DNA of 52,969 nt, the filler included, from Catajapyx aquilonaris (lineage: Eukaryota): the NCBI GenBank assembly GCA_000934665.2. It is 2 parts of 2 records of this genome, joined end to end, with 100 filler letters (N's around TTAATTAATTAA, not from the genome) between each part and the next. Parts side by side here need not be neighbours in the genome. Positions count along the whole stretch, not along the records: positions 1 to 26,453 come from JYFJ02005211.1; positions 26,554 to 52,969 come from JYFJ02005212.1. One strand, 5' to 3'. Shown here piece by piece: positions 15,001 to 27,598 of the stretch. Numbering within the stretch: the first letter of the stretch is position 1; each line of letters opens with the position of its first letter. The translations under genes were made by a program, and so were the position numbers. The notes beneath the pieces are model-generated. The model was not told where the DNA came from and ran no database searches. It saw only the letters and a list, made by a program, of their open reading frames with translations.

Positions 15001-18000
15001 GGGACTTTGGTTACTGTACAGTGGGAATCGTGCCAGGCTGAGTCTGATATTAATACAGTGGAAACACTTGTACGTCTGTGTATACAAATAGAGAAAGGTT
15101 CACATCGAGTATAGGATGACTCTGTTTGCACAGATATGCCTGAGTCGTCCGTCAATATTGCAGCAAAGCGAAACTCATTTGGACGGACACCTTATACAAT
15201 GTCCGTAATATTAACCATGCGAAAATACTGCGCAATGAATCAATTACAGTCAGGTTGACTTGCTGCAAAAACATTTTCAATGTCATAGTGCAACACCTCT
15301 CCCAGCATATTTTTAATGCCCTGTTTCAAACGCAATATCTGTGTGAGAACAGAGGCAGGCAGGCAGACTTTCGTAATGAGTTTCTAACCAATGCTTTTGT
15401 TTCGGTTTTATTTCCAGGTCTCTGAACGGATGCTCTACATTATTATCTGACCTGGCGCTGTTCATGGTGAGTCTCAGTTTCTGCTTCTCTGGGTTTGCCA
15501 TCAATGGAAGTCAGGATTGGTGTGCTTGTAACCTCGCCCGATTGTCACTCACTCGGAAGCTTCTGGTCCTCGCAAAATATTCCTCTTCATTTCCGCGGTA
15601 ATGGAGTGATAAATTTTGGGTTCCGGTGTGGGAATGAGGTAAAAAGTTTTCTTCCTGAAAAGACCTCCTTCTCATTAGTCGCTCGAGTGTTCCCTTGTGA
15701 AGCGCAGTTTGGGTTGGAAACTGCGAACCAAAATTTGGGATTCACCTCCCCCCAAAAAATGGAAGAAAAGGAGGTGGAAAAAAATTATGACGCTTATCAA
15801 CAGGGCTGTAGGTCTCATCAAAATTGGTAAATGGGAATGTTCCTGTAATACACTACGGTCCAGGTCGTTACGGAAATGGGCACTCCCTGAATGTATCCAA
15901 ATTGAATTGTGTCTGGAGCGATGGCTGGAATGGAGATGCGTCATCATTATACAGGTCGACATCTTTTCCTTGGCCCCTATACCCCCATCTGCTGGCCTAC
16001 TTAACGAAAGGGTTCAGCCCGGATACTGCCTTAATGGCCCCCAAAGCTCCATCATGTCGATTTCCAAGGTGACATTGCGACCATCTTTAGTTCAATGTGG
16101 TGTGGATGATATATTATGGGGCTGGACTGCACTGTCCCAAGTAAAGTGGAGGGGAAGTTCCTTCAATCGTGTCAACACAGGTCATAATGTAAAAGTCAAC
16201 AGTATTTTCCTTGATAGTCAACATACAAACTTTAGTAAGTTATAACCGAAAAGTGCAAACTTGCCAAAAGAAATTCAGCATAAAGTTTTTTTTCCGTCCT
16301 TTTTTTGGAAAGAGATCTATACACGGAGGAAGGACGGACTGTGAAATATCGAGAGGCTTTTGCAAACGGAAGGGGGAATTTATTACCTCAGGGCGAAAAT
16401 TGGTCTTGGGAGGAAAAGAAGAGGTAACCCACCTATTTTATTTTTTTTCCTCTTCTTTTTTTTTATGGCAGATCTTTGGTGAGGAGGCGGCGTGTCTGAG
16501 GCCATGATGAAGCATTCGAGTCGGAACGAATGACAGCAGATCAGAAAGGGTTTCGCCGCAAATGAGCACTTTTCCCCCCAGGTTATTTATTACAGGATAC
16601 GAATATTTTTGCATCCGCCATCGATCGCCTTCAACTTTTTGCATGTAACTTTATGACACAGTACATATCATGGTCTACCTGGTTTGTTACACTAATTACA
16701 TCCTGCACTTCCCAGTGGCGTGATAGTTTTTTTTAAAAAGGGGCAATTAGCGAACAGGATAGGCTGGATATTGTGTGTGTCAGCCAATAAACATACGGAC
16801 CTCTTTCGGGGTCCATTAGGCAAACCGCAGGGTTTGCAGGCCTTTTGCTCACACATGCACATGGACACTAGGATTAACACATCAGTGAGTTCTCACCCTT
16901 GACAATGACGCATGGCATCGAGCTACACAGGCCCTGAGTCAGGAATGTTAATTAGCCTATGGCTGCTGGGGATAAGGCGGTAAGGTGGACACTGCGACCA
17001 CACTCCATTTTGCAGGCAAACACATCACATCACACACGAAAGAGAGAAGCTACGCTGTCATTTTTCAGCAGCCAAGGTTTTTAAGTTTGGAAAAAAATAA
17101 AGAGCAATATTAATGTTTTCTGTTCTCTCACGTGGATTATGAATATTTGCAATTATTATTCGTGGATGTGACGTTTCGATTATGTTGGGCGTATCATATA
17201 TACTGTTGTGTTTGGAGTGTTTAAAAGTGCGGTAATTACAATCAGTACCGAATTTGCGGGACTGTCCAAACCGTTTGCACTGTTTTGACGGTCAATTACG
17301 CTGTTGCACTGCGTAATTATACATATTTTTTTTGTTTAATTTCATGTTAATAGGAAACATTGAGTTTGCACTTCAATTTCTACATTGCGATAGATTCAAT
17401 CAGGCTGAATTAAATTATTGAATATTAAAACACAAATGGTAATGTATCCCATGCCACGAGATAATGAACATGAGCCCTCAAATTAATCATAATAAAACAA
17501 CAACGGAACAATAACAAAAAAGAGCAACAAAAATTTTGTTTTATTATTCATTTCCTATACATACCACATTACATTATCGCTATTGTACTCTCATGGTATA
17601 TGCTTCTTGCAGAGATACGAGGTAGTGAACTTTTATCAAGATTAATGCATGCAGGCATGTTAGTTAGGTTTGCCCTTCTTTCCCTCCGTGTTTGTTCAGT
17701 ATTGGTTATGACATCCCGTCATAGCCATTACAGCAGCTTATGTTGCTCCGAAAACGCATTTCTCTCCATGAAGCACTGTACAGTGTACACCAGTATGGGT
17801 TTCCCAAAGTGAACTGGACGCAGCAGTTGCCTCTTGTCAGTTTTTTTTTCACTTGACTATACAGTGGTGGCCGAGAGGCTACTCACTTAAATTAGCCACT
17901 AAGAAATGTTCTTACGGCTTTGCACAAGCCATATACGAAGTGCGTAAACATCTGCTCAGCACTTAAGTTAATTAGAAGTCCTAGCAGGCTCCTTTCAAGT

Positions 18001-21000
18001 ACGCTTTCATTTTAATCACATAATGCGTAAAATAATGTTGAATCCGAAAGGCGATGCTTTTGGCACGCATAAAGACAAAAGTACCGTCTCAGGGCCAACT
18101 ATATACGCCATCACTGCATATTTAATTACATTTAGGTCATTCTGGAACAAAATATCAGCATACCACAGGCTCAATCACAATAATGCATTTCAACAAGCAT
18201 GTAACAGGCGTACTCTGTAACAAGAGTGTCGCATTGAAGAGAGCTATCATGTTGCAAAAATATTTACATAGCATCATTAAGTGTATTGTGAATATTGTGT
18301 ACCACTTTAGTAGTTGGCGATTCTGTCCCTTCCCGCCCCTTGCTGGAATGGACCCCTCCCAAAAAATCATACACGTTTTGCAGTTGCCCAACAGAATGTT
18401 TTGCATGGCAATTGACCCATGGCCTTTTCAGCATGATGAAACAGTGATCCGGTCTGTCCCCGGCTAGTTTTATCCTACTTATGCCACGGATTCAAACAAC
18501 AAGTCCAGTTGTGGCAGGGGCCCATAAATTATTTAAACAAAAGTTCATAATTTTGGGGATGCACCACACAACACACGCGGGGCATAAACAGGCTGTGTAT
18601 GAGCCCCTCTGGTAATATGTATACACACATGTAGACCTCTCCGATGCTGCTACGCGTGTGCATCACCCTTCCATCCTCCCTAACCACGTAAATGTTGCCA
18701 TAAGAGCTTTCAAATATAAATTCGTGTCACCAGACCTGACACTCCACAGCGGTAATTATTCCTGCTTATCTATAGTTACATCACTTGTCTATCAGCATGG
18801 AATATGAGGCCTACTTGTTTGTTTTCATTTCGATCTGGTGTCATCCCATACACATAGGTAGGTCATCGAGTTTCATAACGATTCAGACAAACTTTTGGAG
18901 ATCAAATGGCAGGAGTTCACTTATATGACACACCCTGTATATATAGCCAAGATCTACATTGTGGAGCAAAACATGTATACGCTTTACATGTTATGCCACT
19001 GTTGCGTATATGTTGGTTGTTTTTATACACAGCTCAGCTTTTTATGCTGAAATGATAGGTCGTGTTCGTTAAAGGTATATAAGCCGAGTTTGAAACAAAA
19101 CCTTGCTTTAGAAGCTGAGCTCGGGTTTGGACGGTTTTCCTTTTATGAGCAGGAGTAAACTGATTAAAGAAGGTTCCATGCAACCCGAATTGTATGCATT
19201 GTTTGCTCTGTAAAGGCTGAGCTACCATCCAGCCCTGAAGGAAAGGAAGAAAAAAAATAGCAGAGCCAGCGCTTCAATAGACAAATATATATATAACCCA
19301 CAAAAAATACTATAGCGGGATTCCAAATTTCGCCTTTCCATAACTTGTTAGCACGAAGCAGGTTCTTGTTGAGTGAGAGAGTCAGGAAAGAAAATTAATC
19401 CAATGAAAACTAATGAAACGAAAAGTCTGTTTTAATTATCTGAAGAAGAGAGGAATAATTCAACTGGAATCAATAGTTACTCAATGCGAGTGCTGGCCAA
19501 GTCAGATAAGCACAAGTTGAGCTCTTCCCTCAACTCCATTTCTTCGCGAATCAGAGATTTTTTTTGCGAAATAGTTTCTCTCGGCTTTTCTTCTCTTCCT
19601 CTTCTTCTTCAGCAGCCCTGCGGAATAACTCATTAAAAGCTGCAACATCTCGAAGTGATACAGGCTGTCATCTCGGAGGTGATTTAAGAGAGCCTTGGCT
19701 CTTGTTGCAGTCTGCCTTAAAACCCTGAGAGCACTGTTTTCCAGCGAGAATTTTGTGGAAACAGCTGCTTGGACCTAAGGAAAAAAAAAAAGATATATGT
19801 GCTCCAAGAATCATCGGTGTCTCAGATTAACCAATAAATCTCTTGGAAAATAGACTTTTGCTGCCACGACTTCTTTTTAACAGCCTGCTATCATCAGACG
19901 GGGAAATACCCGTTTCATCCAAGGGCTATCAAATTACACCTCACTTGATTGGTAATAATTCGTCGGGAAATCATGCGCGGATAATCGCTTTAGACCCCGT
20001 GATATTTGTGCCTTATTTGTGCAGATGCGTTTGCGCAATTAGCTGTGGAGAATTCGCCGTTTGTTGAACTAATTATTCGTTGGTCATGTGAACCTGTGTC
20101 CCACTCTCCCCCCAGATCCTAATTATAATGAAATCAACCCCGGGGACAAATAACTATGAATAATGAATGATTTCAATAGTATATGTAGCAATGCGCTTGT
20201 TTAATAGTTGGCTGGACGTCAGCTATATGGACACAAGGGTTTTACAGGAATCGACGCGTGTACCATTAACCCGCGGATATTATTTGTGTGCACTCTATTA
20301 AATATACGACATTGTCGCTGTTCATTAGTCATGTATGGGGGCCGTTAATGAGCCATAGGGCGCATAAGTCATGATCCGGATAAGTACAGTGTGTCCCCAG
20401 CTGCCTTTTGAACTTTGCTGGCTGGAAAAGACTTGCTGCCATTTTGCTGTCTGGAGGCGTCGAAAAGTCTCCCTTTTCCTCCCCCCCACCCATTCTCTCA
20501 GAACCTTCGTCTCTTGCATGTAAATGTCCCCCCTCAATTTGACGTTCTCTTGGCAATGGTTGTAGCGGTAGTCCCATCAGCAAGACCCCAGAGGCAAAGT
20601 CTTGGCTTCTAGAAGAGCTTCAGAGAGGGGAAAAGGAGGGCCGGATTCACATCTTCCCAACCGTTTCCTAGTTACCGACGCCCCCTAGAAATTGCCCTTC
20701 ATCACTTGCCGTCTATGCTCTTTTCCGAAAAGACCATTTCGCTTCCAATGAAGAAGGGCAACAATTTCCGCTTCCTTTATTGACGGAGGGGCCATCGCAA
20801 GTTCCGGCTCTTCTCAGCAGGAGAAGGAGGGGGAAAAAAACGAAAAGTGCTGAGAAAGAAGGCTGCCCTTATTTCGTGTTCGACCTTGGAAATATTCAGA
20901 CTATTTCTGGATTACAATTTGAGAAGATAATGCACTAGGTGTCACAAAAAGTTGGAGATAAATAAGGGAAGAAAGTGTATTCAACCCTTATCAAAAATCC

Positions 21001-21573
21001 GTTCCCATCACCTCACTCTTTCTATATATATATTTTTTCTTTTTCCGTGAGAGCCTTGTCGGCCAGGGAAAAAAAGGGGGACTAAGCTGTTGGAATAAGC
21101 GATGGGTCTTGGTCCAATCCTCTCGGAACGACTGCAGCCATGCTGTCGGAGGATTGGACCCAGAGGAAAAGCTGTCCACCGACCTCAAATCTGGTCCTGA
21201 TTGCATCGTCACGTGGGGGACAAGCACAGGACGTGTCCTTCTTTTATATGCATTTTCTCCCCCCCCTTTTCCTTTCAACCACCGGGGGAACATCACTTCC
21301 GGATTCTGTGTTGCCGACTGCAATCTCTCTTCCAGTCTCAACAGCCACATTCTTCTGCAAGGAATCAAAAGCTCGGCACCTAGGAAGTCACGAAGGGAAT
21401 TCGGGTGCTCGATTAACATTCCCAGGAGGTTGGTCCAACAAAAGGAAAATTCCGGGGACGTCAGCACGCGCCCGGATAGTATAATAATGTACGGAGGAAA
21501 CCCACGGACGCGAGTGTTTCTAATTAATGGATCACGAGGGGCTGATTTGTTTTCACTTCAAGAGAGGAGTCTA

Positions 21574-21697
21574 CAAGGTGGTCCAGAAATACCATTTTAA
21601 CTACCTTATTTTTTAAAAACAAAAATTCGGACTGAGTAATGACACTAATTGGTGCAAGTGGCCTCATTAATGAGCATTGTCTTGTTGGATCACCCTG
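21574..21697. mobile_element. Degenerate Tc1/mariner-type MITE, 124 bp
   Basis: TA-flanked on both sides. Left end CAAGGTGGTCCAG versus reverse complement of right end CAGGGTGATCCAA (imperfect TIR). Confidence 0.5.
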
Positions 21698-22558
21698 TAT
21701 ATTTTAGGACGCGGTATGGAAAGACTATCCCCTTTTCCTTCTGGTCCAGGGAGCAATTAGTCCAATGAGCGTTTACGGCCCCTCGCACCCCAAATTACAA
21801 GCCCGGATTCGCCTCGGAGAATATATAACGTGGCGTGAAATTCATACGCGAATAGCTATCAAAGTGTGTGATTTTTTTTTGGAGCCGAATTTTGGATGCA
21901 GGAGTTTAATGCGAGCGTTGCGATGGATGCAACGTGCGAATAAGTGACCAGGATCGGGTTCATTAACTCGTACTCACGTTTTCTGCACAGTTTCTGAACC
22001 CCTTGCTTAACCCAGAGTATTTACAGTGGACTAGGTTAACACCCTGGGGATTGGAACAGAATGGATTTTCGATCAAGCGATGGAAAAGCATAATGCATTG
22101 CTATTTAAAAGTCGCCACAATTTTACTATAGAAAACAGCTTATTGCTAAGTGCTCATTACCCGCACAGTACACACTCTTTGGACATGTTGAACCACCTCC
22201 CTTTTTTAAAAAAAAACATTTTCCTGAAGAAATTACTCCTCAACCTGTAATTATCCACTTGGGTTGCGAGATGCGAGTTAGGGGCCGTTTATTTTGGACC
22301 GAATTAGCTGGTGATTAGGGTCGGAATATCTCGAGGGTAGAAAGAGGATTTTATTTCGGAAAATTTTAACTTCATCGTGGTATACGTCGTATTAAGGACT
22401 AGGCCGCACCATGTATATAAGAGGAGGCTGATTAGCAAGATGGTGCTTCTGGCGATTAGTAGAGCCCCCCAAGAAGAGCAAAACTGGCTAATTGCACACT
22501 GGAGGGGGGGTTAGCTTGTGTTTTGGTGTTGCAAACTTTACTTTTTTGAGTTGTGTGT

Positions 22559-22577
22559 GAGAGAGAGAGAGAGAGAG
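22559..22577. repeat. (GA)n microsatellite; a similar (GA)n lies at about 7348-7366 and (AAT)n at about 23805-23823
   Basis: Directly visible in the sequence. Confidence 0.85.
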
Positions 22578-25500
22578 GCCCTCGGAGCTAATAATTAAAC
22601 TCTCTCTCCTTATCCCAAAGTCCACTTGGGTTATTATTCTGTTTGCTTACATTGTGTTGCCAGCTGGGACTGGGGAAGAAAGAGGCAGAAACAATGCTGT
22701 CTCTGCTTGCTTGCGAGTCTTATTATAATTGACATTCTCTCCTCTGGAGATGTCTGCTAATTATGTCTGTATTTAGGACACCATTAATAACCCCCTCCCC
22801 TCCCCTCTCCTTTCAGATGCAAATACTGTTCATTTATGAGATGCCTAATTAATTAGCCTCATTTGGAGGAGCTTGAGAGGATGCGATGCTTATGCACGTG
22901 TGTTGGCTAATTGCTCCTTTTCAGGAGGCAACGTGCTGCTTTCACCTATACACTGATGCTTTTCACTGGCCAATCTCAAATGCGCCAAAAAAAAGCGATG
23001 TAAGTGATGGCGCGGAATATTGCTGCATTATTAGGCCTACTCAATAAACGGGGGGGCACTTTTAATTGCTGCATTGCAGGGGACTAATGAACGAGTAAAA
23101 GTGTACACTGTACGGAATGTACACTGCACGCTAGTTGCGAGAAGGCAAGGTATGTGATTTATGAGCTAACACTTGATCCCCGTTTGAAAAGAGTAATTAA
23201 TTAAAGGCATATGACGTGGGTGCGTTTTGATCTTATCATTTGGTAAGGATTACCTTTTTTGAACTCCATACAGGAGAGTGCCACTTGCATCAAATTCTGA
23301 GCTAATTTTTGGATGAATTATGTAAATTATCTTGGTCACTCCAACTTAGTGACACATACTTTTAAAAGCGAATCTGTTCATTTATTCTCATAAAATGCCT
23401 GGAAGTGGTGCAGTGTCAGAGTTAATTAATGTACAGTACACTGTCTGAAACCCTTGTTTCGGACAAGTTTACTGCGCTGCAGTATACTCGATTATCGTCC
23501 CGTCTCTTTTTCTTCTGTCTCCTACTCTGGAAGGCGTGCGAAGAATGCATTCCTGTAATTGTGAGTGAAGTCTTGCGCAGTCATTTTATGGGCAAAAGGA
23601 GGGGGGGGGGGGGGNGTTCTCTTGGCCCCCTTTTAGTGCAACTAGGATGGGAAAGGCAGGCAAGGCAGGCATAGGCGAGGCATCCAATTCATTTTCATGG
23701 CCGAAAAACCCTGCCGGGCTCCGATTGAACTCCTATAGGACAAGCAATGCGTTCAAAGGCAGCAGCAGAAGCGCCTGACTTGATGGCCTGCTCGTCACTA
23801 CTCTAATAATAATAATAATAATATTCGCACAGGTCATTGAATGGTCGTAATACCTTGGCTGATTATGCAGACTTCAAAGTTCTTACTGAGCTATTGTTCA
23901 AAAAGGTATTTTGAGACATCTATACGATTATTGCGAAGTATTTTCTTCCTGAAAGGTTCTAATGAAAGGTAGCTCCATAAACTAGACGTCACCCTTATTC
24001 AGAGGTCCATGTCCTGTCCTGTGGGTTGAAAGTTATTTCCTTACCATCGCAGAAAATTGGGGGAGAAAAAACAATTAAACCCAAAGTAAATACGTTAGTA
24101 GGAAGCAATCTTCGATCGAAAAACGTGTTATCTCGGGGGGGTCTCCTGCTGAAAGGGGCCCCTTTTCTCCCACCCCCGCAATCAACCTTCAGTTTCACCT
24201 CGAAGTGAGTCCTATCCTTCAGACCCTTGTTGTTGTTGTCTCCCTCGAGTCAACAAGGTCCAAGAAATGAGTTTATGGAAGAAGAACAAGTCTCATTCCA
24301 AGCCCTGTTGCAACCTTCAACGCGAGGTTTTGCTTTTGACTGCGACTCAGCTCCCTTGGGAAATGAAGGCGCATTTAACCTCTCTACGTGTCGTCTGGAA
24401 CACGGTTTATTCCCAAAGGTTTCTTCCAGCAGACGGCGAGTGAAACGTGCACACACGCGCCCTAGTAAAGGTTTAAAAAAACGGAGATATGTATAATTCA
24501 AGAGTTGTCCCAGCAGGTGTGTGTGCGCCGTATGTTGTGATGCGGCCATTTTAGCATATCCCTGCAAGTTTCTGCAGAGGTTTATTTGACCAGGGAGGAA
24601 AACCCGCGACATTTATTGCAAAATATAAACACGATGATTCAGCTGGGAGTAAATGCCTTCCGGTCCGTGTGTTTACAGCGGTTGCGTCATTGCGGTTTTT
24701 ATTTTATACATGCTGCGGTTTTTGATATATTTTTAAAAAATGTATGTCATAGTTGAAACTGCATGTGGTCACAGGGTTATGTCTGTGCGTTACGGTGGGT
24801 TACGTTTAAATATGTGTATGCATCGAAGCGTTTGTAAACAGTAACGAGTATAATTTTTTAACAAAGTAATGAATATGCAAACATATAGTTACGCTACAAA
24901 AGGTATTAACAACAGTGGTCGTACACACACAAAACACCAACAAACCCACACAAATTGAATTGTTAACAATAACATGTGTCACTGCATACCAAAAATTCCC
25001 AACAGTACGCGAAATGTGGCAGAACATGTGAAATGTTTTGTACAATTTGAAATATTAGAATTAAATAATTATTTCGAGAAGGTTATAAAAGTGGCAAAAT
25101 TTTAGTTGGACTGTGGTTTAAAGAATTCTGTTAGTTACACATAAGGACATTGCAAAAGTGTAACAGAATTTGAGGCGCTTTCCTTCTGGCAACAAATGCA
25201 CCCCCCCCCCCAACAATCCCCTTTTGCAACATGAACACGCAATTAAATTACAAAAACAGTGCCACTCGGAAACAGTGCTTCTTCCACCAAACAGGCTTTG
25301 CATTTTCTAAATACTGCATACATTCCCTTCAATGATGGAACACTGCTTTTTGACACAGGTTGCAGCAGCAAAGGCTTTGCGAAAGCAAATATTCAGAGAG
25401 GGAGGGGGCATGGTTTCTCTTTCTCTCTATGTACCCTTTTACCCAGCAGCGTTGTAAAACAGCGCTTGTCGACTCTGCTTAAGCACAGCAAGAAACCCTC

Positions 25501-26453
25501 TCATAGCAGTTGTTTTCCACTCGCTCGCCATGTTTGCCCATTGATCGAACCTTAACGAGCTGTTTAAAACAGCCTGGGAACGTGGAATGACAATAATTGT
25601 GCGTTTCAAAGCGATTAAGGCATCATTTCGTGTGTCTGCTGCTGGAGAGACCTATATATATATGTAAGGGAAATCGCAGATGCTGCATGTTCATTTCTAC
25701 AATTAACTCAGCAGCACGACGTAAATGCCACGAGTTCCTCCAATGCATTTAACCGTCGGTTAATCGCGATTGAAGCTTAGCACACGGAATTACTGATTTA
25801 CAGTTCCACCTCTAATCGGTTGATTAGCTACGAATTAACAGGCCAAATACAGGCTGGGATAGGGGCAATCAGGAAGGCGACACTAGAACTGGCAACACCG
25901 CCATTGTTGTCCATTACTGCTAACCAACAATCGCTGGTTAAGACAGTCGGTCGAACGACTTACAAACGACTGAAATATATTGCTGATTTTTTTTATAGAA
26001 TGCAACCCAGTGCGCACCACTGTTCCCGCACCGTGCACGGTTGGCATTATTAATGATATTACAGTGGCTGTACTGCGCTGCACTTATTTCCAACGCTACT
26101 CTTGGGACGAAAACAAAATGGCTGACGTTTGCGTCGTTGCCAAATCTCTGGAGCTCACTTCAGATGCTACGGTTGTGGATTATTTTTTTTGGCTCATGAG
26201 GTGTAACTTTGGCAATGATGTTGTCAGAACACTGGGGATGCGTGAATGTGGGTGCGCACTCGGTTGCGTTCATTTGAAAATTCATTTATAGTATATACAG
26301 TTTTTACATAGCATACTGCGTTCTTGATTGAACTTGTGCAATGATGCGTATATTTTATGAAGTGCCAGGCATTTGTGAAGTGCGTCAACAACAGTCAACA
26401 GATCGTTAATAACATTGTTGACAAATTTGGAGGACCGTCGTGCACTTGGCTGG

Positions 26454-26553
26454 NNNNNNNNNNNNNNNNNNNNNNNNNNNNNNNNNNNNNNNNNNNNTTA
26501 ATTAATTAANNNNNNNNNNNNNNNNNNNNNNNNNNNNNNNNNNNNNNNNNNNN
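26454..26553. other. Artificial scaffold spacer N44-TTAATTAATTAA-N44
   Basis: Exactly 100 bp, with symmetric N runs around a 12-mer that carries stops in all six frames. Confidence 0.95.
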
Positions 26554-26597
26554 TTTCTTTTCACTTCCTCTGAGTATGTCAAAGACCTTAGGAACTG

Positions 26598-26775
26598 CAG
26601 TGAAACCTGTTCACAAAGGACCCTGAGTATTGCAGAAACTGGTCAACTGCGGAATTATTTCTGGGAACGTGCATGGGACATGCAATGCATTTTTTTTGAA
26701 GGAGTTAGCAGAAACCTGTCCATTAGGGCAAATTTTTCGGGTCCCATGCAATTCCACAATACTCAGGTTTCACTG
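26598..26775. mobile_element. pogo/Tigger-like MITE, 178 bp
   Basis: Perfect 12-bp TIR CAGTGAAACCTG. Flanks are TG and TA. Subterminal CCTGAGTATTG recurs inverted at the right end. Confidence 0.75.
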
Positions 26776-27292
26776 TACATAAAGAGTGGAAATGACAGTC
26801 TGCTGCTACAGCCAATTTTCGACTTGTTCAGAGCTGACCACTGCCACCTCTTGTGCTGGTGCTTCTGGGGAGGGAGTCATGGGGAGGTGTGTATGTTATT
26901 GCATATATTGATTCCTGATTTCGTTAACACATACTCTATGGACAATATAACAGGGTAATACATCACGGCAAGGAACATGTAATACGGCAAAAAAAATTGC
27001 GCAAATGGAAGTCCATTCTAATTGTGTTATTTGCTCATTTTCTGCTCTACTGCATATACTGTGGCCACCAAGTGGCAGCAGCACAGTAAAAATTGGGATC
27101 AGCAAAGAACATGGAAAATGAACTTTCTTCAATTGAAAAGTTTCTAATGCCAATGTAATATGCAAGGTTGTCCAACAAGGAAGAAGCCTCACTTACAAAA
27201 ATTATTTAACTGCTTTCTAGAAAATGTGTTATTTTTATTAGTTGAAAGTATCAATTACTCTTCATGCCTGAGTTGCCTGAGATGACAAAATA

Positions 27293-27598
27293 CAGTAGAA
27301 CTCCGTTTACCCGACTCCTCGGTTTATCCGACTGTCCCGCTCCAGCAATGAATGTAAGTTTTCTCATCAAAGACTGTAATGCCGCCTACTAATCATTTGT
27401 TTTGTATTACCTTAGTTAAATTTTAAACAGCAGAGAGTGGATGTAAAGATAAATACTTCACTGTTTCTTAGATAAGCATAATATTGTATCGTACATTATT
27501 TGATGATTTTCTATGCTTCTTGTTGTGTTTTCCTTTGCTCCTCGGATTATCCGACAATGCCCCAGTCCCGTGGATGACGGATAATCGGGGTTCTACTG
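27293..27598. mobile_element. pogo/Tigger-like MITE, 306 bp
   Basis: TA target duplication on both sides. TIR CAGTAGAACTCCGTTTACCCG versus CAGTAGAACCCCGATTATCCG. Internal repeat CTCGG(T/A)TTATCCGAC near both ends. Confidence 0.88.

Noticed and set aside
85..26291. Numerous 60-180 aa ORFs in the left half (e.g. 15697..16245, 21109..21600, 12165..12656)
   Set aside because: They show no recognisable domains, run through homopolymer tracts, often use non-ATG starts and form no consistent exon chain.
26498..26509. TTAATTAATTAA palindrome as a homeodomain site or piggyBac target
   Set aside because: It is centred in symmetric N runs and is an assembly linker.
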